A stretch of 32,000 nucleotides of DNA from Geobacter metallireducens GS-15 (lineage in GTDB: Bacteria; Desulfobacterota; Desulfuromonadia; Geobacterales; Geobacteraceae), in NCBI RefSeq assembly GCF_000012925.1, contig NC_007517.1:90001-122000 (forward strand), written 5' to 3'. Below the pieces are notes generated by a model. The model had not been told where the DNA came from and searched no databases. It saw only the letters and a list, made by a program, of their open reading frames with translations. The stretch's first letter is position 1, and each line of letters begins with the position of its first letter. The position numbers and the translations under genes were made by a program. Shown here piece after piece: positions 1-10,102 of the stretch.

Positions 1-1041
1 GTTGGCGGCCCCCTTGGCCGGGGCGCCGGCGGCGAGGCACGCTTCGAAGTACTCGGCCATTTCCCGCGTCGCGGTCAGGACCTCGGCGTCGTAGTCGGAA
101 AGCCCCAAGTCGGAGCGGTAGCGATTGCGCCGGGCCTCGGGGAGTTCGGGGAGCGACAGGGCCACGTCGGCCACCCAGTCGTTGGAGATGACGAGCGGCA
201 CGAGATCGGGATCGGGGAAGTAGCGGTAGTCGTGGGCCTCCTCCTTGCCGCGCATGGAGCGGGTTTCGCCGCTGTCCGGGTTGAAGAGGCGGGTCTCCTG
301 GACCACCTTCCCCCCCTCCTCGATGAGCTCGATCTGCCGCTCGATCTCGTACTCGATGGCCTGTTTCACGAAGCGGAAGGAGTTGACGTTCTTGGTCTCG
401 GTGCGGGTCCCGAAAGTCGTGGAGCCCACCGGCATCACCGACACGTTGGCGTCGCAGCGGAAGCTCCCCTCCTCCATGTTCCCGTCGCAGATGCCGAGGT
501 AGACCACGATCTGATGGAGCTTCTTCAGGTAGGCCACCGCTTCGTCGGCGCTGCGGATGTCCGGCTCCGACACGATTTCCAGGAGCGGCGTGCAGGCCCG
601 GTTCAGGTCCACCCCGGAGCCGCTTCCCAGGCCGGGGATGTCGCTGTGGACCAGCTTGCCGGCGTCCTCCTCCATGTGGATGCGGGTGATGCCGATCCGC
701 TTAGTCTCACCCTCCACCTCGATGTCCAGGTGGCCGTTCTGGCAGATGGGGAGTTCGAACTGGCTGATCTGGTACCCCTTGGGGAGGTCCGGGTAGAAGT
801 AGTTCTTCCGGGCGAAGACGCTGCGCGGCGCGATCCGGCAGTTGGTGGCGAGACCGGCCTTGATGGCGAACTCCACCACCTTCCGGTTCAGGACCGGCAG
901 GGCGCCGGGCATCCCGAGGCAGACCGGGCAGGTCTGGGAGTTGGGGCTGGCACCGAACTGGGTGGAGCAGCCGCAGAAGATCTTGGTGTCGGTTTTCAGC
1001 TGGACGTGGACTTCAAGGCCGATGACGGCTTGGTAGTTCAT
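1..1041 (-). CDS. gatB: Asp/Glu-tRNA(Asn/Gln) amidotransferase subunit B, partial (C-terminus lies outside the window)
   Basis: The minus-strand ORF starts at ATG 1041..1039 with AGGAGA 6 nt upstream and stays open to the window edge. The translation [26 protein letters not shown]...[16 protein letters not shown]...KNVNSFRFV is canonical GatB. The plus ORF 232..1257 is its antisense shadow. Confidence 0.95.
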
Positions 1042-1474
1042 TCGGTTTCTCCTGGTTCAGGGAGTTCGGATAGTAGCTTTTTCTGTTTTTTCTCCAACTT
1101 CTTTATGCTGTCGGCAACCGGCAATAGGTCTGGCCAAGGGCGACGATTTCTTTGCTGGGGTCGGCATTTTGAACGATCAAATAACAGGCGTAGCGGGATA
1201 GAAATACCGATTTTACCTGGCGTTTCGCGCCACTGCCGAGATCGACCATTTCGGTGACGTCAACGAAATGGTCATCTATCCGCTGGCCGCTGTTGAAGCA
1301 GGCGGTACGTGCCTTGGTGACTACCTGCTCGAAGTTGCGATAGTCAGCATAATCCAGAATCTGGGCAAAATCGCGGCTTGACCAGAATTCACTGCCCGCG
1401 TCATTGGTGCGTTTGATCTGCTCGAAGGGAGAGACGTGTTTACCGGCAATGTCTTTCGATAATCGTTTGCTCAT
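1042..1474 (-). pseudogene. DinD-like (DNA-damage-inducible protein D family) remnant with an internal deletion and frameshift
   Basis: The ORF 1474..1103 (ATG at 1474) encodes MSKRLSKDIAGKHVSPFEQIKRTNDAGSEFWSSRDFAQILDYADYRNFEQVV...LSRYACYLIVQNADPSKEIVALGQTY, matching the N-terminal half of the DinD family. It then stops after 5 unrelated residues. A second frame (about 1117..1038) reads [25 protein letters not shown] and ends in a TGA overlapping the gatB ATG. G+C is lower than in the flanking gat genes. Confidence 0.7.
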
Positions 1475-1512
1475 TTCAGAGCCCTCACCATTCCCGCCTT
1501 TTGTGATCGCCC

Positions 1513-2970
<1,458 letters not shown>

Positions 2971-2992
2971 GGGGTCTCCGATGCGTGCGATT

Positions 2993-3145
2993 TTACTTTT
3001 CCGTCTCCCTCCCCAGGGAGTTGTTCGTTATGGTGGCGCTCGTCTCCACCGACCCGTGGAAGCTCGACGTGAAGCAGCCGGCCAGGGGAAGCGCAGCAGC
3101 AAGGACAAGGAGCCCAAGGAGCAGTCGGTGGGAGCAGGGATTCAC
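2993..3145 (-). CDS. Small putative lipoprotein (50 aa) between gatC and gatA
   Basis: I translated this by hand; at <60 aa it is absent from the ORF track. The GTG at 3145..3143 overlaps the gatC TGA (GTGA). The product is (M)[49 protein letters not shown], with a hydrophobic signal and an L-A-G-C lipobox. It fills the otherwise unexplained 170-bp gatC-gatA gap. Confidence 0.5.
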   Translation of the reverse strand: MNPCSHRLLLGLLVLAAALPLAGCFTSSFHGSVETSATITNNSLGRETEK

Positions 3146-3429
3146 TCGATCACCTTCGGCACCCGGAAGAATCCTTCCACCCGGTCCGGGGCGTTGGCCA
3201 GGGCGTTCTCCACGCCGATGGAGGGGCGGACCGCGTCGTCCCGGAAGGCGTTTTCCACCGGCACCGCGTGGGAAGTGGGGATGATGCCGCTCGTGTCCAG
3301 CTCGTTCAGCTTTTCCACGTAGGCGAGGATGGCGTCCATCTGGCCGGTGAAGGTCTCCGTCTCCTCCGGGGTCAGCTCAAGGCGTGCCAGGAGGGCAACG
3401 GCGTCGACTTCGGCTTTGGTTATCTTCAT
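3142..3429 (-). CDS. gatC: Glutamyl-tRNA(Gln) amidotransferase subunit C
   Basis: The start is ATG 3429 with GGAGA upstream. The product MKITKAEVDAVALLARLELTPEE...FFRVPKVIE (95 aa) is typical GatC. The track ORF 3142..3513 adds a 28-codon N-terminal extension without support. Confidence 0.93.
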   Translation of the reverse strand: MKITKAEVDAVALLARLELTPEETETFTGQMDAILAYVEKLNELDTSGIIPTSHAVPVENAFRDDAVRPSIGVENALANAPDRVEGFFRVPKVIE

Positions 3430-3470
3430 GGGGGATCTCCGTGGGGTGAACCTGGTGAAATGAACGGTAT

Positions 3471-3499
3471 TTTGTAGCACGAACAGGGGAAAATGACAA
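3471..3499 (-). promoter_or_regulatory. Candidate sigma-70 promoter for gatC-lipoprotein-gatA-gatB
   Basis: The minus strand reads TTGTCA (3499..3494), a 17-nt spacer, then TACAAA (3476..3471), about 40 nt upstream of the gatC ATG. This is a motif match only. Confidence 0.3.
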
Positions 3500-3588
3500 G
3501 GCGACGCGGCCATGAATGCCGCGGCTCATCGTTCAAACGGCCGGGATGCGTTCGCTTCTCTCTTGTGGCTGTGGGCTGGTCGGGAAAT

Positions 3589-5643
3589 TCAGAGCGCGGA
3601 AGGGGTGACCCCGCCACCGCCGGGGGCCGGGGGGAGATTGCGGAGGATGACGTTGTACAGCTCCCCTGCCCGGACCGGCTTGGAGATGAAATCGTTCATC
3701 CCCGCCTCGTGGCAGACTTTCTCGTACCCCTTGAGGGCGTGGGCGGTCATGGCGATGACTGGCGTGGTCTGGTCGATGCCCCTCTCTGAGCCGCTCCGTA
3801 TCACGCGGGTCGCCTCCAGGCCGTCCAGCACCGGCATCTGGATATCCATCAGCACCACGTCGAATCGCTCCCCCTTCATGGCGCTCACGACATCGCCGCC
3901 GTTCTCCACCGCAACAACCTGGCACCCCATCATCTCCAGGAGGAGCCGGGAAACCTTGAGATTCATGGGATTATCCTCGGCGAGAAGGATCTTCACCTCC
4001 CGGCCAAACCGGGGTATCCCTGCCTGCCTGATTTCCCGGTTCTGGAGAGCGCAGGTCCCCAACCGGGCCGTGAACCGGAAGGTGCTCCCAACTCCGACGG
4101 CGCTCTTTACGGAGATATCCCCTCCCATCATCGACACCAGGGCGCGGCAAATGGCGAGCCCCAGCCCCGACCCCCCGTATTTCCTGGTGGTGGAGCCGTC
4201 GGCCTGGGTGAACGACTCGAATATGAGGGAGAGCTTGTCGGCGGGGATGCCGATGCCGGTGTCCGAAACCGTGAAGAGCAGCATCACGCCGTCGTCCGTG
4301 CCGGAAGAGGGGGCGCGCTCCACCTTCAGGCCCACTTCTCCCTTGGCGGTGAACTTGACGGCATTGCTGAGGAGGTTGATCAGCACCTGCCGCAGGCGGG
4401 TTGGATCGCCGATGAATGCCTCCGGGAGGTCCCGTGCCACGTCGAGGATCAGCTCCAGCCCCTTGCCGTGGGCCTGGGGGGCTACCACGTCCAGGGCTCC
4501 CTCCACGGTGTTCCGGAGGTCGAAGGGGACCTTCTCCAGCAAGAGGCGCCCGGCCTCGATCCTCGAGAAATCCAGGATATCGTTCAGCAGCCCCAGCAGG
4601 CTCTCGGCCGATGAACCGATGATCTCCAGGTTTTCGCGCTGGGAGGGTGAAAGGGGCGTTTCCAGGGTCAGTTCGGTCATGCCGATGATGGCGTTCATGG
4701 GGGTCCGGATCTCGTGGCTCATGTTGGCCAGGAACTCCCCCTTCATCCTGCTGGCGGACTCCGCTTCGTCTCGGGAACGCTTCAGGTCGTTGACCATCCG
4801 CTCGATGGTATGGAGCACCTGGTGTGTCTCGTCATGGCTTTTGTCCTCCACCACCGACGTGTCGTGCCCCATGGCGGCGGCCGCACAGAAGAGCGCCTGC
4901 CGGAGGGGGCGGTTGATGCGGTAGGCGGCATAGGCGGAAAAGACCACGGAGAGAAGCAGCGTCACCAGTGCCCCCGTTATGACTCGCGCCTCCAGCATGG
5001 AAATTTCGTCCTGCACGTCGTCCAGGTATACGCCGCTCCCCAGAACCCACTGCCACGGCTCAAAGAGGGAAACATAGGACACTTTGCGGCTCGGCTCTTG
5101 TTCGCCCGGGCGGGGCCAGAGGTAGTCGACTTCTCCCTTCCCCTCCCGGCGCACAAGGTTGTTCATGGTCAGGAAGAGGGGCTTCCCCCGGGCGTCGGCC
5201 AAGCGGGTGAGATAGTGCCCCTCCAATTCGGGTTGCAGGGGGTGCATCACCATCCTGTTCTCCAGGTCATGGACCCAGACGTAGCCGTTGACATTGTAGC
5301 GCAATGCACGAAGGGTATTCACGGCCAGTCTGCGGGCCTCTGGCTCGGAGAGCTCCCCCCGGAGTTGGAGGGAATGGTAGTGGGCGGCTATGGAGCGTGC
5401 CGCGTCCACGATATGGCTCGCGTTATCCGTCCGCTCGTGGATCAGCTTCGATTCCAGAAGCGGCAGGAAGAACCCCAGCAGCCCCGCTATGATGACGAAC
5501 ACCGCCACCGTCGACATGAGGAATATTTTCGTGAAGAGTCGCCAGTTGCGTATCCGCCAGGTTTCGAGATTCATGGCCCGCAGCAGTCCTTCTGCCGAAC
5601 GATGGAAGGCATCAAAGGTGGGAGTCGTGCCGGGTTCCGGCAC
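3589..5643 (-). CDS. Hybrid sensor histidine kinase (TM, Cache-like periplasmic domain, TM, HisKA, HATPase_c, receiver)
   Basis: Motifs are FLANMSHEIRTPMNAI (H-box), DTGIGIP and GGSGLGLAI (G-boxes), and a C-terminal receiver KILLAEDNPMNLKV...DVVLMDIQMPVLDG. The periplasmic segment YVWVHDLENRMVMHP is Cache-like. The start is uncertain: GTG at 5643 or ATG at 5574 (MNLETWRI...). Confidence 0.9.
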   Translation of the reverse strand: MPEPGTTPTFDAFHRSAEGLLRAMNLETWRIRNWRLFTKIFLMSTVAVFVIIAGLLGFFLPLLESKLIHERTDNASHIVDAARSIAAHYHSLQLRGELSEPEARRLAVNTLRALRYNVNGYVWVHDLENRMVMHPLQPELEGHYLTRLADARGKPLFLTMNNLVRREGKGEVDYLWPRPGEQEPSRKVSYVSLFEPWQWVLGSGVYLDDVQDEISMLEARVITGALVTLLLSVVFSAYAAYRINRPLRQALFCAAAAMGHDTSVVEDKSHDETHQVLHTIERMVNDLKRSRDEAESASRMKGEFLANMSHEIRTPMNAIIGMTELTLETPLSPSQRENLEIIGSSAESLLGLLNDILDFSRIEAGRLLLEKVPFDLRNTVEGALDVVAPQAHGKGLELILDVARDLPEAFIGDPTRLRQVLINLLSNAVKFTAKGEVGLKVERAPSSGTDDGVMLLFTVSDTGIGIPADKLSLIFESFTQADGSTTRKYGGSGLGLAICRALVSMMGGDISVKSAVGVGSTFRFTARLGTCALQNREIRQAGIPRFGREVKILLAEDNPMNLKVSRLLLEMMGCQVVAVENGGDVVSAMKGERFDVVLMDIQMPVLDGLEATRVIRSGSERGIDQTTPVIAMTAHALKGYEKVCHEAGMNDFISKPVRAGELYNVILRNLPPAPGGGGVTPSAL

Positions 5644-5727
5644 CGCGCATCATTACTCTCTTTTCGGCAAAAAAACGGCATCCTTGAGAATTTTCTCACT
5701 TCACATCACGTCACATTCCCGGAATCT

Positions 5728-7236
5728 TCAGAGGATGGGGGTCAGCGGCAGCGACTTCCAGAGGCGCAGCCTGTTCCGCTTGGCCGCCGAGGCGCGGCGG
5801 TCCGGGTTGTCCGTGGCCGGATTCCAGCTGTTCTCCGGGCGCATGTCCCGCTCGATCCGCTCCTCCACCTGGCGGGCCAGGGCGGGGTTGCGGACCATCA
5901 CCCCCACCTCGGTGTTCAGGTTGGCGGAACGGGGGTCCAGGTTGAAGGTGCCGACGAACAGAGTCACGCCGTCGATCACCATGGTCTTTGCATGGAGGGC
6001 GAAGGTGGGGGGCTTCTCCTTCAGCTTCGGGTAGCGGTCGATCAGCTCCTGCCGCACGGCCGGGTCCGGGCGGAATTCCCGGATGGTGATCCCCGCCTTC
6101 AGGAGCCGGTTGCGCTGCTTCCGGTAGCCGCTGAAGGCCTGGAGGTTGTCGGTGGCGGCCAGGGAGTTGGTGACGATCCGCACCTCCACCCCGCGCCGGA
6201 TCAGCTTCCGGAACAGCTCCACGCCCCCCTCGGGCATGACCAGGTAGGGGGACTGGATGGTGACCCGCCGCTTGGCCCGGCTCACCGCGTCCACCAGGGC
6301 CGCCGTGCTCCGGCCGCCGCCCCCCAGTCCCTCCCGGCCGCTGTTCTTTCCCGGCAGGTCCGAGATGAAGCGGGCCTCGTCCCAGACCATCTCCCGCAGC
6401 AGCCCGTCGAACCTGCGGGGGAGGTTCTGGAGCGCCTGGCGGACCTCCGGGGCGAAGTTTTCCGGCTTCCCGGCATAGGCGTGGAGGCCGGCATAGACCT
6501 GGCCGGTCCGCTCCGGCGTCATCTTCTTCATGGGCTTTTTCAGCAGCTTCTCCACCGGCACAGCCAGGGGGCTCTCCCAGAAACGGGCGAAGCTCGCCTC
6601 CGCCTCGGCCACAGTCGGGCCGAGCATCAGCATGTCCCGGTCCCGGAAGGTGTACTCCTGGTCGAAATCGTAGTACTCGTCGGCCATGTTGCGGCCGCCG
6701 GTGATCCCCACCATGCCGTCGAAGAGGGCGGTCTTGTCGTGCATCCGCTGGTTCACGGAACGGAAGCCGGTCACAACGTTGGCGAACCGCTTCACCTTCG
6801 AGGTTCCCACCGTCATCTTCGGGTTGTAGATCCGGATGTCGATGTTGGGGTGACGGGCCAGGGCCAGGAGCGATTCCGGCGGCGCGTCGATGAGGAGGTC
6901 ATCCACCAGCACCCGCACCCGTATCCCCCGCTCCGCCGCCCGCAGCAACGCCTCCGAGGCCAGGATGCCGATGTTGTCGCTGCTCCAGATGAAATACTGG
7001 ACGTCGATGCTCTTCGTGGCGTGGTCCGCGAGCCACGCCCGGGCCAGGAGCGACTCTTCCCCCTTTTCCAAGACATAGAGGCCGGTCTTGCCGGGGTGGG
7101 CAGACAGCAGGGGCTGGATGCTCCGGGCCAGGGGAAGCGTTACCGGGGTGGTTTCGGCGGCTGACAGGCGTGCGCCGGGAACGGCGGTGAGTATGAGAAG
7201 GAGTGACAGGGTGATAAGGAGCAGAGGTCGGATCAT
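5728..7236 (-). CDS. Secreted phospholipase D / cardiolipin-synthase-like protein with two HKD motifs
   Basis: The two HxK(x)4D motifs are MHDKTALFDG and LHAKTMVIDG. ATG 7236 gives the signal-like N-terminus MIRPLLLITLSLLLILTAVPGARLSAAE. The track start at 7362 adds 42 unsupported codons. Confidence 0.88.
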   Translation of the reverse strand: MIRPLLLITLSLLLILTAVPGARLSAAETTPVTLPLARSIQPLLSAHPGKTGLYVLEKGEESLLARAWLADHATKSIDVQYFIWSSDNIGILASEALLRAAERGIRVRVLVDDLLIDAPPESLLALARHPNIDIRIYNPKMTVGTSKVKRFANVVTGFRSVNQRMHDKTALFDGMVGITGGRNMADEYYDFDQEYTFRDRDMLMLGPTVAEAEASFARFWESPLAVPVEKLLKKPMKKMTPERTGQVYAGLHAYAGKPENFAPEVRQALQNLPRRFDGLLREMVWDEARFISDLPGKNSGREGLGGGGRSTAALVDAVSRAKRRVTIQSPYLVMPEGGVELFRKLIRRGVEVRIVTNSLAATDNLQAFSGYRKQRNRLLKAGITIREFRPDPAVRQELIDRYPKLKEKPPTFALHAKTMVIDGVTLFVGTFNLDPRSANLNTEVGVMVRNPALARQVEERIERDMRPENSWNPATDNPDRRASAAKRNRLRLWKSLPLTPIL

Positions 7237-7370
7237 TACAAAGAGCCTCGTTTCAATTGTCGGGAAGAGCGCGCAAAAAGGGCAGTCCCGCAGCAGTTTC
7301 GGCAGTTTTGGGGACAGTTTATTTCTCTGTCGAATAACCTGTCCCCAGACAGAGAATGTCATAGTTTCTT

Positions 7371-8261
7371 CTACCTGCGCTGCAATGCGATGTATCTCGC
7401 TACATCATCCCATTTGACAGAGAAATCAATCAATTCTCGTTTGACTTCGAATTTAGTCTGCGCTGATGGAGTGGTACGGGCGAATTCCATAAGCCCACGT
7501 CGAGGGGCAATTGCTCCAGCCAGCAAATTTTCTGTGGTCTGCGCCAAATCTGATGGGCTCATACCAAGTAAAGTCGCCGGACTCGAAGAAGGATAAAGTA
7601 GGTTTGATAAATTGTGCGTTGCCGGTTGAAACTCGGGTACCTTGGGTACTTGGGTCTCTTTGTAATTTGGTTTTAACAGCAGTTTCTCTCTTCCCAGCAG
7701 CTTTTCTCTGAATTCCTTCGATACTCTGCTCTGTCCAGGGGAAACCCTTGATTCCATTTTGCACGCCCTATGTAACGCCGGGCCTATGGCTGTCACAAAC
7801 GTATCTCCTCGTGGCCCTATTTTGGCCAATATCAATTTCCCATGGTGCAGAATTGTTTTAGTCAAAAAATGATATTTACTGAAGGTTGCATCGAGAGATT
7901 TCATCTGTAGAGCTGCTATTCGGCAGTAATATGCGGCATAAAGAACAGAGAGTGCGTTCACTTTGTCTGCTCTGAAATAGGCAATGATGCTATCTCCGAC
8001 ATATTCGACCTGATCATCGTCAGCGCCAAATTCGCGGGATATTTCATCAACCGAGGAAAGAAAAGTATGAGCTAGCTTGAGATATGTCTTATGAGTCCGC
8101 GTCCAGGTGAATAACGTCGAATCAACGAGGTCAATTTTGAGCATGTAGAACTCACGCTCGGTCCCCTCACCGCGTTTCAAGGCAGATGGAACTTTGTCTA
8201 CAATTCCGCCGGCAGCCTCGTTATAATGTTTATTTATAATCTCATCGATTGTCTTAGCCAT
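7371..8261 (-). CDS. Divergent class-III nucleotidyl-cyclase-like protein (Cyc2) with a C-terminal extension of about 110 aa of unknown function
   Basis: The 296-aa product lies in low-GC DNA. Cyclase-homology motifs are YMLKIDLVDST (first metal Asp), EYVGDSIIAYF (second metal Asp) and TAIGPALHRACKMES. The last aligns to GRPLNVACRLQS of the upstream cyclase, but with His and Lys in place of Asn and Arg. Its ATG lies 23 bp after the effector stop. Confidence 0.7.
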   Translation of the reverse strand: MAKTIDEIINKHYNEAAGGIVDKVPSALKRGEGTEREFYMLKIDLVDSTLFTWTRTHKTYLKLAHTFLSSVDEISREFGADDDQVEYVGDSIIAYFRADKVNALSVLYAAYYCRIAALQMKSLDATFSKYHFLTKTILHHGKLILAKIGPRGDTFVTAIGPALHRACKMESRVSPGQSRVSKEFREKLLGREKLLLKPNYKETQVPKVPEFQPATHNLSNLLYPSSSPATLLGMSPSDLAQTTENLLAGAIAPRRGLMEFARTTPSAQTKFEVKRELIDFSVKWDDVARYIALQRR

Positions 8262-8284
8262 TGTCAGATACCCTGGGTTGCTGG

Positions 8285-8730
8285 TTATTTACTACAGTAA
8301 TACAGAAACAACATCCGACCCCAAAAACCACAGACGAGCCATGCCATTACAAGAATATATGCCCATTTCAATCTAACTTCTTTCATGTCTCTAATGTATG
8401 CCAGCTTCATTTGCTCAAACACCAATTCTTGTTTGATGGCATCAATGGTGTCTGGAAGTTTTTTGACATAGTCCTCCAAGCGTACCTTCGAGGAAATATC
8501 CCTATTGATAAATGCATCACGTAATCCAAGATCGTACAACCCATCATTGTAGAAAGTCCCGATGGGGCAGTCCGTGAAAGTAACGTGGGATTTTGGATTG
8601 TGAATTGCCATTACGGACCGCATTGCAGCAACGAAGGCAGCAAACCATGTACAAAGGAACAACATAATTAGCGCCCAAAGTTGCCACTGGCCAGGCCCAC
8701 AATATACAGTCTGATGTAGTTTCGAAAAAT
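8285..8730 (-). pseudogene. 3' fragment of the IS-disrupted 3-TM effector gene (PycTM-like)
   Basis: Reading from 8722 down gives KLHQTVYCGPGQWQLWALI with no stop. This is in frame with track ORF 8665..8285 (MLFLCTWFAAFVAAM...WAYILVMAWLVCGFWGRMLFLYYCSK). Positions 8723..8730 are the left copy of the target-site duplication. Confidence 0.8.
8723..8730. repeat. Target-site duplication of the ISL3 element, left copy (CGAAAAAT)
   Basis: An identical 8-mer lies at 10103..10110, immediately outside the two terminal inverted repeats. Confidence 0.85.
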
Positions 8731-10102
8731 GCCTCGTCCGCAGAATCTGTGGGTAGTTGGCTGAAAAAATAAGGGCATTGCCCCTCCGTGAAGGATAAGA
8801 TTGTTTTTGCGAGAAACGATCAAGTCCGACACGGGAGAAGCAATGCTTATCAAGACTGTACTGAACAAGTTCGAGCGTTTCAAGTCCTTCATTTACGGAG
8901 ATTGCCGACTGGCGAAAGTCGGCGGCTCAGAAGCACTGGTCATTGACATCAAGGCTCGTCGCAACAGCAAGCCCGAATGCCCGGAATGTGGCAAGCGAGG
9001 CAAGACATACGACACGCAACCGGCCCGACTGTTCGAGTATGTGCCGATCTGGGCGTTCAAGGTCTTCTTTCGCTACGCTCCCCGTCGGGTTCTGTGCCCA
9101 ATCCATGGGGTAAAGGTTGAATCCCTCCCCTGGGGGTATGGCAAAGAGCAAATGACGATCTCGTACCAGGTCTATCTTGCCCGGTGGGCTCGGCGACTCT
9201 CCTGGAAGGAAGTTGCCGAAATCTTTAAGACCAGTTGGGACAGCATCTTTCGGGCGGTGCAGTATGCTGTCGATTACGGCCTGGCAAACAGAAACCTTGA
9301 TGGCGTTACGGAAATCGGTGTTGATGAAATTGCCGTCTTCAAGGGCCATCAGTATCTTACGATGGTCTATCAGCTCAATGCCGGCGTCAGGCGTCTTCTC
9401 TGGTGTGGTCCGCAACGTCGGATAAGAACGCTACTGCGCTTCTTTCGGGAATTCGGCAAAGAACGCAGCGCCAAGCTCAAGTATGTCTGCAGCGACATGT
9501 GGGCACCGTATCTCAAGGTTATCGCCAAGCGGGCACCCAATGCCGTGAACATCCTCGACCGCTTCCACATCATGCGGAAGTTTAACGAAGCGATTGACGA
9601 GGTTCGGCGCACCGAAGCCAAGGAGTTCAAGGCCGCCAAGCAGGAGAACGTCCTGGAAAAGGGCCGTTGGTTGCTGCTGAAACGGCCGGAAAATCTGTCC
9701 GAGAAGCAGACGTCACGATTGGGAGATTTGCTCAAGCTCAACCTCTCATCAATCAAGGCATATCTGCTGCGCGAGGACTTTCAGCAGTTCTGGGACTACC
9801 AGCGGTCTGACTTTGCTGGCAAGTTCCTCGACGACTGGGTCATCAGGACAATGCAAACTGACCTGGAACCGATGAAGAAGGTTGCCAGGATGTTACGCAA
9901 CCACAAACCGATGATTCTCAACTGGTTCAAGGCAAAAGGCCGACTTTCCAGCGGCGCGGTAGAGGGTCTGAACCTCAAAGCAAAACTGACTATCAGAAAA
10001 GCGTACGGTTTCCGAACCATCAAGTGCCTGCAAGTGGCGCTATATCACACACTTGGCGACTTGCCAGAACCCCTGTGTCACCACAGATTCTGCTAAAGAG
10101 CC
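8731..10102 (+). mobile_element. ISL3-family insertion sequence (1372 bp)
   Basis: The terminal inverted repeats are GCCTCGTCCGCAGAATCTGTGG (8731..8752) and the reverse complement of 10081..10102, GGCTCTTTAGCAGAATCTGTGG, with 18/22 identity. They are flanked by an 8-bp direct repeat. There is a single transposase ORF whose stop codon lies inside the right repeat. Confidence 0.88.
8843..10096 (+). CDS. ISL3-family transposase
   Basis: The product starts MLIKTVLNKFERFKSF, has a CPECG zinc-finger, and carries IGVDEIAVFKGHQYLTMVYQL and ILDRFHIMRKFNEAIDEVRR, typical of DDE_Tnp_ISL3. ATG 8843 is preceded by GGGAGAAG. The track start at 8801 is probably too far upstream. Confidence 0.9.
   Translation: MLIKTVLNKFERFKSFIYGDCRLAKVGGSEALVIDIKARRNSKPECPECGKRGKTYDTQPARLFEYVPIWAFKVFFRYAPRRVLCPIHGVKVESLPWGYGKEQMTISYQVYLARWARRLSWKEVAEIFKTSWDSIFRAVQYAVDYGLANRNLDGVTEIGVDEIAVFKGHQYLTMVYQLNAGVRRLLWCGPQRRIRTLLRFFREFGKERSAKLKYVCSDMWAPYLKVIAKRAPNAVNILDRFHIMRKFNEAIDEVRRTEAKEFKAAKQENVLEKGRWLLLKRPENLSEKQTSRLGDLLKLNLSSIKAYLLREDFQQFWDYQRSDFAGKFLDDWVIRTMQTDLEPMKKVARMLRNHKPMILNWFKAKGRLSSGAVEGLNLKAKLTIRKAYGFRTIKCLQVALYHTLGDLPEPLCHHRFC

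Noticed and set aside
232-1257. A 341-aa plus-strand ORF. Similar long plus ORFs occur at 1528..2610, 3512..4924, 4714..7164, 12359..13522, 16070..18487, 22347..23708 and 30248..31447.
   Set aside because: All lie antisense to well-supported minus-strand genes in about 65-70% G+C DNA, where stop codons are rare in every frame. Their translations are low-complexity and rich in Gly, Ala, Arg, Pro and Val, with no recognisable motifs.
3505-3523. A hairpin, CGCGGC-N7-GCCGCG, after the histidine-kinase stop, considered as an intrinsic terminator.
   Set aside because: The stem is only 6 bp and the downstream sequence (TCGCCTTGTCATTTT) is a poor, delayed U-tract. This is too weak to call.
7237-7362. 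A 42-codon N-terminal extension of the phospholipase-D ORF.
   Set aside because: The internal ATG at 7236 yields a clean signal peptide. The extension runs through the hairpin-rich island junction (GGGGACAG at 7310..7317 with CTGTCCCC at 7339..7346) and has no ribosome-binding site.
8668-8892. A 74-aa minus-strand ORF spanning the left IS junction. Other ORFs lie inside the ISL3 element at 8927..9415 and 9370..9756.
   Set aside because: They cross the IS boundary or lie antisense to the transposase gene. They have no ribosome-binding site and no motif support.
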